32,354 bases of DNA from Octopus bimaculoides. Lineage: Eukaryota. The DNA lies in assembly GCF_001194135.2 (NCBI RefSeq), contig NC_068989.1, forward strand, positions 90,761,257-90,793,610. Reading direction: 5' to 3'. Under the pieces are notes generated by a model. The model was given only the letters and a program-made list of their open reading frames with translations, ran no database searches and was not told the DNA's origin. The translations under genes were made by a program, and so were the position numbers. Positions 11,830 to 22,971 of this stretch are shown one piece after another (position 1 is the first letter of the stretch; each line of letters starts with the position of its first letter).

Positions 11830-12400
11830 ACATGGTAAAAATCTGCAACAAGAATACAGGGAACTTGCCAGAGAAAGTGGAAAATCCAATGTTTCAGACC
11901 GAATATTCCAGGCCAACCTGTCATCTCCATCTTCAACACAACGAATCATTTCATCACTCACTTATCAATGTGCAGCATCTTCAAACACCAAAAATCTACA
12001 TACTCAAAGAAACTGAAGGAACCCTGCTTCAGATTTGGACTTGGTACCATATCACCAACAGGTTCAAATGCATGTTTTTTCCTCTATTCCTACACCTCGT
12101 CTTATTTCATCAGACCCTTTCTTACCCTTTTTATCTCAAGTTTTCCCTTCTCACTTTCACATACTTCTCCTCATTCTATTCCCCTTTCTTTCTACTTCTC
12201 TCACTCTGTTTCTCTCTCTCCTACTACTTCCTATCCATATATGAAGCTTCTGTGGTCCTATGTCCCTCATCAGTTGCAGCCAATCTTTCTACTTTAGAGA
12301 ATGTCTCCTATCAATGTCTGTCAACTTTTGCCTGAAGGACTCTGCCTGAAGGACTCTGCCTGAAATGTTAGATTTTCCACTTTCTACAATAAATTCACTG
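11830..12400 (+). mobile_element. 3' remnant of a Penelope-like retroelement (GIY-YIG endonuclease C-terminus, pyrimidine-rich UTR, decayed hammerhead)
   Basis: 11902-12081 translates NIPGQPVISIFNTTNHFITHLSMCSIF...KKLKEPCFRFGLGTISPTGSNACFF, resembling the PLE pattern PVAxHFNxxxH...LGTLxPxGLN. About 12330-12370 reads cctgaaggactctgcctgaaatgttag. Confidence 0.65.
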
Positions 12401-12495
12401 TACTGTGTTGATTTCAGCAAATAGTACAAATCTCACTAATGTAGACCAGTGTCGGTCACTTTGTAATGTGTTTGGTCATTCATATACCATATATA

Positions 12496-13045
12496 CAAGG
12501 TTATTCAAAAAGAATGAACCAATTTCATTACGCAATATTTTAATTAAAAAGGCAATAGAAAACTCCAGCGAAGTCACAAGTATTTACTCCCAATCAACTT
12601 TTATTTCCTGTCTTACAGGTGTTCAATGTGGCCACCACAGGCAGCAAGGGCAACGTCAATGCGATAAGAGAATTCCTCCCAGACGCGTATCAACATATCA
12701 CGATCCACTGAGTTGATTGCTGTTGTTATTCGATGTTTAAGGTGTGGCAGCCATTCAAAACTTAGAAAACTCCACTGCTACCCACTAACTTCAATGACGC
12801 TAAACATCGAATAACAACAGCGATCAACTCAGTGAATCGAGATATTCTGATATGCGTTTGGGAGGAATTCTCTTATCGCATTGATGTTGCTCGTGTTGCA
12901 GGTGGTGTCCACATTGGACACTTGTAAGACAAGAAATAAAAGTTGATTGTGAGTAAATACTTGTGACTCAGCTGGAGTTTTCTATTGCTTTCCCTCATAA
13001 AAATATTGCATAATGAAATCGGCTCATTCTTTTTGAATAACCCTG
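12496..13045. mobile_element. 550-bp foldback Tc1/mariner (ITm) derivative with arms of about 245 bp
   Basis: TA flanks on both sides; termini ca(a/g)ggttattcaaaaagaatga. 12769-12927 (+) encodes TPLLPTNFNDAKHRITTAINSVNRDILICVWEEFSYRIDVARVAGGVHIGHL*, an ITm transposase C-terminus, mirrored in the left arm. Confidence 0.85.
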
Positions 13046-13238
13046 TATATATATATGTGTGTGTGTGTGTGGTTTCTTTGGTATGTTTGTTCCCAAACAA
13101 CACTTCTTTTAGTGCTGTTGACACTGCTGGATTGAATGGTACTGCCCAGGTGTCGAAACCATAATGATATCCATGGGGCAGCTGATGATGGAGGTATGGC
13201 ATTTTTTGTATATGTAGAACAGTATTATAACATCCTTT

Positions 13239-13282
<44 letters not shown>

Positions 13283-14270
13283 GATGATTTGGTGATCAAC
13301 AGTGACATTGGTTATAGGTTTTCAATGATGCTGGTCACAAGTTCACTCCGTTTATGATGATGACTGTAACTTGGTTGGAATAATTCCAGGAAATAATTAA
13401 GATTTTCTTTTGTTCAAATGCAGTGACCTCATTGTGCTTTTGTTGCGCTTCTGTACATCTTTTTCTGATATACATTGGTGAAAGATCTCTCTTTCTCTCT
13501 CTCTCTCTCTCTATTGGAGTTGAAGCAAACTGCTATTAAAGACATACATGTAACTTCTGCCAAATCTGTTGAGTGCCATTTTCTTTTGTTTGTTCACTGA
13601 CACACACACACGGACATACACACACACACATGGACACACACTCACACACACACACACACACACACTCTCTCTCTCTTTCTTTCTCATAAATATAGACATA
13701 TATATGTATATATACACATATGTAAAACCTTTTATCTTTATTATATTTTCTATTCTTCTTCTATGGAATCTTTCTACTCATCTTGCTATTCTCCCCTGTT
13801 CTCATTTTGGGGATCACTGCTCTGTTAGATGGTGAGTTTTTATGGGTTTTCTATTGCTCCTACCTCCTCATTTCTGACAACACCCATCTCCCTTTATCTT
13901 TTCCTTCCAATAGTCCCCCCCTCACCATACACTCTCATATCCTACCCGACCACCCAGCCACACAACCGGTTTCAACTCTTATAACTCTACTACTTGTCTT
14001 ACATAGAATACATTGTTGTTGCTCTTGTTGTTGTTGATATAACTGCTGTTTTGCTAAACCTTGTTTTTCTCCCTCCTGGCTTTCTTTCCCTGCAGAAAAT
14101 CCTTATTTGTTGTAACTGCAGCCCCAACATCCAATTTTCCTTATCTCCTTCACACACTTATCTCTCTCTCTCTTATCCATGTCTCTCCCCTCTTTCTCTT
14201 TGCCTCCCCCCATTTCTTAACCATGAAAGCCAAAGACATTTTTCTTAGAAGTTCTTATGTGTCAACTGTT

Positions 14271-14675
<405 letters not shown>

Positions 14676-14869
14676 AACATTCAGAGAGTGCAAACCTCCA
14701 CCAAGGCAACACCAATGTCCTCTCAATGATTAGCCAGAGATGATTTTTAAAATTAGAATATCTGAAATGAACTCGACTGCTTTCACAAACGAGAATACTA
14801 AAAATAAACCTGGAGTAAAGATTGTTTTCCAAGCCCTCGTCAGTTTTACCAAGTTTCACTTGACCACCA

Positions 14870-15245
14870 CCACCACCACCACCACTAAAATGTTCCCCTT
14901 GCTACCACAACCACCACAACTGGTACTGTCTCCTTCACTACAGTTACCACTACCACCATTACCACAACTGCCACTACCACTGCTGCTCCACCACCATTGC
15001 CACTGCCACCATCACCCCTAGATTATCACCACGACTATCTTAACCCTTACCTCCATAACTGCTATTGTCTCTATGATGACGACGATGACGACCACCACCA
15101 TCACACTGCACTCACCACCAAAATTATCCCTGCACCATCATGACCATCACTCCTGTTATCGTCTCTGTTCCCCTAACCGAACCACTATCACTATCACAAC
15201 TACCACCACCACCACCATCACCACCAAACCCACCCACCCACCTAG
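14870..15245. repeat. (ACC)n/(CAC)n low-complexity tract
   Basis: Degenerate trinucleotide repeats; source of the poly-T/H/P ORFs in the track. Confidence 0.85.
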
Positions 15246-15288
15246 AAAACAAGATGGCTCACTAAATCATGTGTTGACCCATTGCCAG

Positions 15289-15474
15289 GTGGAGGAACTG
15301 TCTGACCAGTTGGAAAGCCGCATCTCTACCCAGAGTCAGATGTTGATGAAGAAAGAACAGCTTGAACGAGACATTCAAGACAAAGATTTAAATGCGTTGG
15401 AACTGAAGCAGTTGGTGGAACAACTGGAACAAGAATTGGACGAGAAAGTTACCAAAGAGAAGCAACAGGAACAG
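15289..15474 (+). CDS. AKAP9/PCNT: Coding exon 3 (VEELSDQLESR...KEKQQEQ)
   Basis: Acceptor cattgccag|GTG and donor CAG|gtaaga; 186 nt, phase 0-0. Confidence 0.9.
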
Positions 15475-15905
15475 GTAAGAGTCTTTGAGTATACATGGTG
15501 TGTGAGCAATTCTTATTGATCCACAGAGGAGAGATAAAGATTGGTAAATGGTATAAGTAGGAATCTTTTTTGTGTCCATAGAAGATTCATGGTTTTGTTT
15601 TTCTTCTGTCAATCTCAAGAGAAAATAGCACCAATTTGCTATCAACCGTTACAGCACAGGAACCAAATATATTTGTGCAGCTTCTCTTGAGACTTTGGGA
15701 AACAGGTTAACTTGTTCTGATGGTGCATTACTTGTTGGAACTCTCCACATTTCATATCATGTGGTAGTATGCTCGTTTTAGTTTTACTGGCCAATAGAAA
15801 GAGATTGTGAGAACTGATTTGCATATGATTAGCATATTACATCACCAGAAAAAATTTTAAATCAGTGCAGAGAGGGTTAATAAAATATCTTTGAAAGAAG
15901 CCAAA

Positions 15906-16310
15906 TACATTATTTACAATCGATGGAGAGGTGTCCTCACCTTGTTCATTGTTACCACAACGTTTCAGCTGATGTACTCTCCAGCCGTCATCAGGTGTTC
16001 TGGTGGAATTTTGAACCCACCCCTTTATTTGACTAATGGGGTACTCTGTTCTCATTTCTAAGGTATTCCTTTTTAGCTGATGTTATTTTTTCTGTTGATA
16101 TTATCTCCCAAGTCCCCTGCCTGAGATTGAACTCGGAATCTGAGAGTTAGTAGCCTGTGCTTACATGCTTATAGTGTAGCGGATAAGAGCGTGGGCTATT
16201 AACCGTCAGATTCTGAGTTCAATCCCAGGCAGGGACATGGGAGATAATATCAACAGAAAAAATAACATCAGCCAAAAAGGAATACCTTAGGAATGAGAAC
16301 AGTGTACCCC
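15906..16310. mobile_element. Foldback element: back-to-back tRNA-like heads, with the left arm ending in a hammerhead-bearing Penelope-like tail
   Basis: Inverted arms about 16038-16162 / 16182-16310. + head 16166-16236 has A box TAGTGTAGCGG, B box GAGTTCAATCCC and a tRNA-Asn-like GGCTATTAACC stem-loop. The tail is homologous to 22869-23288. Confidence 0.7.
15955..15999 (-). ncRNA. Minimal type-I hammerhead ribozyme motif
   Basis: Minus strand reads AACAC-CUGAUGA-C-GGCUG gagaguacau CAGCU-GAAA-CGUU-GUGG; palindromic AACGUU helix III, GUU triplet, short helix I. Confidence 0.6.
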
Positions 16311-16552
16311 AGTGTACCCTATTGGTGGGGGCGGTAGGGCTGGCATCGACCACGTTTGGATGGTGTTGGGTTTTGTAATCTGGACACAGTCAGAAAAATG
16401 TGCAAGAGCTTGGCAGCCATAGGAATATGGTTTCTTAGACAAATTCTGAATATGTTCTGTGACAAACAAAAATAAATAAAAATAATAAATAAATAAATAA
16501 ATCAATTTCCTATATCCTAAAGTTTTTGCTATTTCTGATGCTGTTCTTTCAG

Positions 16553-16753
16553 AGAATTCTCCAGCTTGAAGAGCAGATCAGCAAACTACAGGAAATCAAT
16601 GAAGAACTAAGCGAAGAGATGAAGTTATCCACAACAGAAGACAAGAAAATCATTTGTAGTCTGGAGACCCAGTTGGATGACCAGCGGCTGGTTTATGAGA
16701 AGAAAGCATTAACACTCGATGAAGAACTGAAGAAAGCCCGCAGAATCGAAGAG
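16553..16753 (+). CDS. AKAP9/PCNT: Coding exon 4 (RILQLEEQISK...KKARRIEE)
   Basis: Acceptor gttctttcag|AGA and weaker donor GAG|gttcgg, the last GT before the in-frame stop; 201 nt, phase 0-0. Confidence 0.85.
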
Positions 16754-17560
16754 GTTCGGCATACATAGATTTATTTATTGAGTAAGGGGGGTGGATGGGA
16801 AAATCTATTGATTTAAGAAGATATTTTGAATTCATGATCTGGGACCTGTATATCTAATGCCCAGATCATCATCATCATCATCATCGTTTAACGTCTGCCT
16901 TCCATGCTAGCATGGGTGGAACAGTTTCACAAGAGCCGGCCAGGCAGAAGCCTGCACTGGACTTCTGTGACTGTTTTGGCAGGATTTTTACAGGTCGATG
17001 TCTTTCTTAGCACAAACCACTCAGCAGAGTGGACTTAGTGCTTTTTACATGGCACAAGCACAGAGGAGGTCAGTTTTGGCAAGGTTTTTACAGCTGGATG
17101 TCCTTCTGAACACCGTCCGCTTTACAATGTGGACTTGATGCCTTTAAGTGGCACCTGCACTAACAGGGTCACCAAGTACTTGCAAGGCAAGGCAAAAAAA
17201 AAATCTTTCAGGGAGGGGAGGAGGCATTGGAGGAAGTGATCTTGTGTTGGATGATGAAAGGTTATAGTGAGAGAGAGAGAGAGGTGTCTTGCTGTAGATG
17301 ATGTACAAGGTTACCAGATATTATAATTAAGATTGTATTAAAAAATTGTTAAAGTATAACCAATTTGTGGCACAAACCTAAAAAAAAAAATCTTATATAG
17401 ACCCCCAAGGGCTATAGGGAGCCCCAGTGGCCATAGGGATCCTTGTTGAGATTCACTTACATAAGGGGCTCTCTGATTGGCTTTAATCACCACTGTTGCT
17501 GTTACTTATATATCGTTTGTGGTTAATATGTCTCTGTTTTTCATTCAATTCTCTTTGCAG

Positions 17561-17728
17561 GAACTTTCTAGTGAAAAAGCTGCCCTTGAACAGCATGTTT
17601 GTGAAAACCTGCTCCAAATAGCCTCACTGAAGAACCAGCTTGATGAATCCCGCCAGCGTAAACTGTCTCTGGGGATGTTAGAGGAACCAGAAGAATCTGC
17701 CGTTCAGTTGCAGATCAAAGAAAATGAG
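17561..17728 (+). CDS. AKAP9/PCNT: Coding exon 5 (ELSSEKAALEQ...LQIKENE)
   Basis: Acceptor ctctttgcag|GAA and donor GAG|gtaaag; 168 nt, phase 0-0. Confidence 0.9.
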
Positions 17729-17899
17729 GTAAAGCATCTTGTTGTACATTGCATTGGTGAAAAAGGGTTGAGTAGTCTTGCAGGTGGTGCAAATTAGGGT
17801 TTTTACTTAAGTGTAAATGTTTGCTTCTTGGTGTAAGAGTGTGTCGGTTTATTATGCCTTCCATGTGTCATAATTTTCATTGTTTTATTATGTATGTCT

Positions 17900-18160
17900 T
17901 CCATACTGGCACGAGTTTGATGATCTGGTAGACCACAGGACTGCATTGAGCGCCAATGTTTACTTTGGTATGGTTTCTACTGATGGACCTAACAACTTTT
18001 GTGACCAGTTGGTCTGCCGAGGAAGAAGAAAAGAGGAGGCACGCAAAAGATGGCCAAGTACAACCAAGAAGGCATCTTCCATTCGGAAGCACCTGTTCCA
18101 CTTGTGGAAAGAACTTCTAAGCAAGAATTGGACTCGTCTGTCACCTCAGGATCTATTAAT
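17900..18160 (+). mobile_element. 3' end of an RTE-clade LINE (frameshifted)
   Basis: 18091-18159 reads TCSTCGKNF*ARIGLVCHLRIY*, matching the RTE C-terminal CxxC...ARIGLxSHxR motif; preceded by an RRKEEARKR basic segment. Confidence 0.7.
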
Positions 18161-18248
18161 AACATACTTAATAATTGATGTATACTCTTTAATAATTTTT
18201 TACTTATTTCAGACAGAAAATATTCTTGAAGCATAGGCTCCCTTAATA

Positions 18249-18850
18249 ATGAACATGATAAAAAGGACCTTTGCTTACTTTTTCATGAGTTCAAGCTTGG
18301 GCATAATGCCTCCCAAACTGCTGTCAATATCAACAGAGCATGGGGTGAGGAGTCCACAAGTGATCTCAAAGTACGGAGGTAGTTTCAGAAACTCCATAGT
18401 GGTGAAGAGAGCCTTGAAGATGAAGAAGGTAGAGGATGGTCATGCAGTCTTGACAATGAACAATTGAAAGCAATTGTTGAACAAAACCCACGTCAAAGTG
18501 TCAGAGAAATGTCTCAGGCACTTGATATCAATAATGCAACAGTCTCACGCAATCTACAGAAGATTGGTAAGGTGAAAGCCAACAAAAGATTATGGTGACT
18601 GTCTGGTGGTCTGCAATTGGTGTTGTCCATTACAGCTTTCTGGAAGCCAATCAGAGCATTACAGTAGAGGGTTACTGCCATCAACTCGCTGAAATGCATG
18701 CTCACTTGCAAAAAGTGAGACCTGCATTGGTTAATCGGTATGACCCAATTCTGCTACACAATAATGCAAAGCCACATGTTGCAAGAATGATGCTGCAGAG
18801 ACTCACAGACTTGGGATACGAGACTTTACCACATCCTTCATATTCTCTTT
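18249..18850 (+). pseudogene. Internally deleted mariner (Hsmar1/cecropia-like) transposase remnant
   Basis: HTH region HEFKLGHNASQTAVNINRAWG...VRR*FQKLHSGEESLEDEEGRG...EQNPRQSVREMS (stop at 18380-18382) is joined near 18580 to KIMVTVWWS...PILLHNNAKPHVA...TLPHPSYS. WVPHEL and the first catalytic Asp are deleted, the second Asp has become Asn, and the sequence is truncated at YS(PDL). Confidence 0.92.
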
Positions 18851-19164
18851 TTTTTCTTTCAGTCATTAGACTATGACCATGCTGGGGCATGACCTTGAAA
18901 GGTTTAATTGAACAAATCTCAACTCCAGTACTTACAAGTCTGTTACTTATTCCGTTGATCTCTTATGCTGAACCACAAGGTCCCAACATGGCTGCAGTTC
19001 AATGAGTGAGACAAGAAAAAAATTAGAAAAAAAAATATGAAGGATTTTTTCCCTCCTTCACCATTCTTTACTCTTTCATCGTTCTTGTAGTTGTTGTTGC
19101 TGTTATCATCATCATCATCATCATCATATATATAACTACATTTTAATAAATTTCTTGGTCTCAG

Positions 19165-19419
19165 CTGGATGTTCTATCTGACATGGTGGACAAGCTTGAA
19201 TTGCAAGTGGAACGCAAGAACAGTGAACTGACTGAACTGAAGAAAAGACTGAATGGTAACCTTGACAATAGCAAGGATGGTAACGATGAAGATGATGATG
19301 ATCATGATAGTGTTGGTGGTAGTGATGGAGGGAAAGAGCCACCGACCAGTCAGTCATCATATGTCTCTGAAAACACCACCAGAGTTCTTCAGTTGAAAGA
19401 AGAGAATGAACGGTTGAAG
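19165..19419 (+). CDS. AKAP9/PCNT: Coding exon 6 (LDVLSDMVDKLE...EENERLK), with an acidic/Gly linker
   Basis: Acceptor ttggtctcag|CTG and donor AAG|gtattt; 255 nt, phase 0-0. Confidence 0.88.
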
Positions 19420-19753
19420 GTATTTCCTCTATTATTATTATTATTATAGTCATTATTGACCCCCCCCCAACAGATCTGCGTTTATTGTGTAGACGTAGGT
19501 TCAAAGATGCTTATCAGAGTTGACGGTCTAAAGGGACTCCTCATCTTTTTTTTGTTATAGATACACACAGGTGCAACTGTGTGGTTAAGAAATTTTCTTC
19601 CCAACTACATGGTTTCGGATTCACACCCATGGCACCTTGGGTAAGAATCTTCCCAGGCTGATCAAAACATTTAACATCTATTTCCATGCTTGGGAAATAG
19701 TGAGGGATGGTTGAATTAGGTACCAGATTATTTGTGACAATCTTGTATCTTAA

Positions 19754-19969
19754 CCTTTTAGCATTCAGATTACTCAGTTAAATGTGATACTTCTCTATTC
19801 ACATTGTTTTGGATCAATGATTCATTAACTCAAAGCTTTGAGATTTTGATGATGTGATTGCCTGTTTTTAGAATGATATTGTAGGGCAAGTGTGGGAGGC
19901 TGGTTCTGACCAATTTGAACAAAAAACAGAATATTTGGGTCACATATGGTCAGTTTATATGCTGAAGGG
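19754..19969. mobile_element. piggyBac-like MITE, copy 2
   Basis: TTAA|ccttttagcatt ... atgctgaaggg|TTAA, with a TTAA TSD on both sides. Confidence 0.7.
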
Positions 19970-20076
19970 TTAATTTGATTTTCTGTCTACCTGTCTCCAT
20001 CTCTGTCTCTCTTTGATGAATTTCACTTTCAATAGCCTCGTATCCTCTCTAGAGGTAAAGAATAGGGTCCATCTAA

Positions 20077-20300
20077 CGCAGTGGTTCTGAACCATGGTCT
20101 ATATGACCCTAGAGTGGGGTCCTCATAAGATTTTGTTGTTAAAGATTATGTGCAATATATTTCTACAATTCATAAAATATTTTCATAATTTTTTTATACA
20201 ATTCTTAATAATATGTAATCCTAAAAATATAACAGGAGTTTTTGAGGATCTGAAAACAGGAGCTAAATCCTACATTACTGGCCCTTTACAGTACACCCCT
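20077..20300. mobile_element. Probable decayed hAT/Charlie-like MITE
   Basis: Begins cagtggttctgaacc like the 1605 element; the right end is not clearly resolved. Confidence 0.35.
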
Positions 20301-20371
20301 CTCCCATAAACTCCCTGCATTTCCTGTGAAGGCATTTTACATTTACAAGTCTCATTTTTTGCTTGCAACAG

Positions 20372-20542
20372 TCCCAGGTCAGTTCACTGCAACAACAGCT
20401 GACCACTGATGGTTTCTCGAGCCTTACCCAGCAGCTACTGGATGAGAAGAACGAACAGATAGACCAGCTACGAAACCAGATCGCTGAGCAGACACAGTCA
20501 AACCCATTGTTCGGTGATTTGTCTTCCGAAAACAGTGAACTG
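20372..20542 (+). CDS. AKAP9/PCNT: Coding exon 7 (SQVSSLQQQL...SENSEL)
   Basis: Acceptor gcttgcaacag|TCC (an in-frame alternative AG lies 6 nt downstream) and donor CTG|gtaggt; 171 nt, phase 0-0. Confidence 0.85.
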
Positions 20543-21104
20543 GTAGGTTCCGAGTTCTAGTCCTAGTTCCGCTGTTGACGTTTCTTTCTGCTTCTCTTAT
20601 TTTCTTTTCCTTGTATTTCTCTCCTGGCAGAATGGTTAGGGTCTCAGCTAAAATACCTCGCACTGTTCGTTGTATCTCTTTACATTCTGAGTTCAAATAC
20701 CAATGAATTCTAATTCGCTTTTCATCCCTCCAGGGTCGATAAACTACTCTTACCCTTACTCAACACAGCATCTCAACCTGTTAGAAATAACAGGGAAATC
20801 TCCCTCAAAGTCCACCCTACCAATATATAAAAGGATTTGTTGAGTAATCCCTGTCACCTTTCTGTGTCCCCATCCTTTCTATCACTCCCCCTCTTTTCAT
20901 CGTATCTCTCCCCCATCTCTGTCAGCCACTCTCTCATCTCTCTCACCCATTTTCTCTCTCTTCTCTATTGCATTTTCTTTCTCTCTCATCTGTCACCCTT
21001 TATCACTCAAACTTTCTCTCTCATATCTCTGTCAGCCTTTCTGTCTGTCTCTCCCTCACATCTCTGTCCCCTTTTTTCACTTTTCTTTTCTTGTCATCCA
21101 CCAG

Positions 21105-21290
21105 AGAGAACAATTACAGAAGAAAGTTACAGATCTTGAAGAGAAGGACACCAAACTGCACAGCCTGACGGCATTGGTCGAAGAACTCCAAAGCCGGCCG
21201 TATGTCAGTGATGACAGCTTCATGGGAGACATGTCCCTGCCATTTGAACGGGGTTCACCTTATATCGTTACCAACTCAATGACTGAACGG
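21105..21290 (+). CDS. AKAP9/PCNT: Coding exon 8 (REQLQKKVTDLEEKD...NSMTER)
   Basis: Long pyrimidine tract, then ccaccag|AGA; donor CGG|gtcagt; 186 nt, phase 0-0. This frame is not listed in the ORF track. Confidence 0.85.
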
Positions 21291-21353
21291 GTCAGTAATG
21301 CCTCCTTCTCTAACTTTATGTGTTTGTGAGACTGAATTTGTCTTTGTCTTGCT

Positions 21354-21554
21354 CAGGGGTCCTCAACCACCAAGCGATGGACCAGGACCAGGCTATGGAG
21401 CATTTGCTACTGCGCCAAACTGAAAGAATCAATTTTTAAATTCCATGATTAAATTATAATATATTAAGCACTTTGTTTTGTTGATTCCCTGGTCCTTAGA
21501 AAAATTGTCTTGGATGAAACCAGTCCCTGGTGCAAAAAAGGCTGCTGACTGCTG
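21354..21554. mobile_element. hAT-Charlie MITE with MER1-like termini
   Basis: caggggtcctcaacc ... aaaattgtctt..atgaaaccagtccctggtgcaaaaaaggctgctgactgctg resembles recalled MER1/Charlie3 ends. Confidence 0.6.
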
Positions 21555-21767
21555 GTTTGTCTATCATATATGTCTAACCTGCTTATCGAGTTTATTTGTC
21601 TTAAGCTGTCCTGTCACTTGTCTATGGAATACTCATCCACTTCCACATTAATTCAGTGTATTCATTTGACTGCAAATTCACATAGCTTTGGTGGACACTC
21701 TGACTGTAATCCCTTTGTCCATGTGCCCCAGTATGGCCGCAGTCAAATGATTGAAACAAATAAGAGA

Positions 21768-21801
<34 letters not shown>

Positions 21802-21861
21802 TTCATTTTTGGATTTAGTTTGCAAGATTCTTTATGTGAGTTTGTGTGTTGAAGCATATTT

Positions 21862-22097
21862 TGTGTATGGGGAGGATCATTCTCTTTCGGTGCCCTATTA
21901 TTTAACACACACACACCATCAAAGCTTCCACTCATTTACTCATTTCTTTTTCTTAAACGCTTCGTTGCATCTTGTCACCTTTTCTGCAAGACACTACAAA
22001 AATTTTAGAAAAAATGAATAAGTAAACGAGTGGAAACTTTGACGGTGAGTGTGTTAAATAATAAGGCACTAAAGGATAATAACTCTCCTCATACACA
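21862..22097. mobile_element. Palindromic MITE family, copy 1
   Basis: Inverted arms of about 90 bp (ttatttaacacac..aaagcttccactcattta / taaacgagtggaaacttt..gtgtgttaaataa); homologous to 26802-27037. Confidence 0.7.
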
Positions 22098-22119
22098 GCG
22101 ATATATATGTATGTATATA

Positions 22120-22164
<45 letters not shown>

Positions 22165-22306
22165 CCATGTCTGCCTGCCTTTCTTTCTAATCGTCTTGTC
22201 TCATCTGTTTGTATTTTTATCCATCTAGCTTTCGTTAGGTCTGTCCATCCCAGCTATTTACCTATCAGTACCTCACTAATGCGTGGTACCTCTTTTACTC
22301 TTACAG

Positions 22307-22408
22307 ACCAGTCTTCAGCAGGAACTGTCTGCAGTAATCACTGACCGTGACCAACAAATCAACTCCTTACAGACTGAACTGCTGCAGAAGGAAGACAAAT
22401 CTAGCCAG
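22307..22408 (+). CDS. AKAP9/PCNT: Coding exon 9 (TSLQQELSAVITDRDQQINSLQTELLQKEDKSSQ)
   Basis: Acceptor tactcttacag|ACC and donor CAG|gtaaat; 102 nt, phase 0-0. Confidence 0.88.
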
Positions 22409-22413
22409 GTAAA

Positions 22414-22452
<39 letters not shown>

Positions 22453-22925
22453 AACGCACACATTTGTAGTTATACACATAAGCACACACATATCTTCGTA
22501 TATTCCCATGTGCTTTCCTTTCTAGGTGTGTGTGTGTGAATTCTTACCTGTGTTTAATTTTAGGCACATGTACCTGTGTTTGTTCTTGTGTGTGTGAGTG
22601 TGTGTACATCTGTACCTAGACCTGAGTGTTGTATATATTTATATCTGAATATGGGTGTGTGTATATTTGCTACACCTCAGCGAAGTGTTTTTTTTTCCAT
22701 AGGAAATGCAGTTATACATTCACATATTTAAAAATATATTTGGATTTAGATTTAGAAGCAAATACTATCATCAATAATATAAATTTATGTATATATATAT
22801 ATATATATATATATAATGTAGATAGAGCTGAAATCCTAGCCGTGTCCTCTTGTTGAAGTAGATCTGCTTACATTATTTACCTTATTTACATTTGACGGAT
22901 ATTTGCCCTCATCTTGTTTCTTGTT

Positions 22926-22971
22926 AACACAACGTTTCAGCTGATATACCCTCCAGCCTTCATCAGGTGTC
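22926..22971 (-). ncRNA. Minimal type-I hammerhead ribozyme motif (core intact)
   Basis: GACAC-CUGAUGA-A-GGCUG gaggguauau CAGCU-GAAA-CGUU-GUGUU: 5-bp helix I, 5-bp helix II, palindromic AACGUU helix III, GUU triplet. Confidence 0.7.

Noticed and set aside
15073-15288. In-frame Thr/His-rich extension upstream of exon 3
   Set aside because: It is the translation of an (ACC)n tract. A good AG at 15287-15288 marks where coiled-coil sequence begins.
16166-16236. Functional tRNA-Asn/Ile gene
   Set aside because: Acceptor and T stems do not pair properly, and it is part of an inverted repeat element. Treated as a tRNA-derived head.
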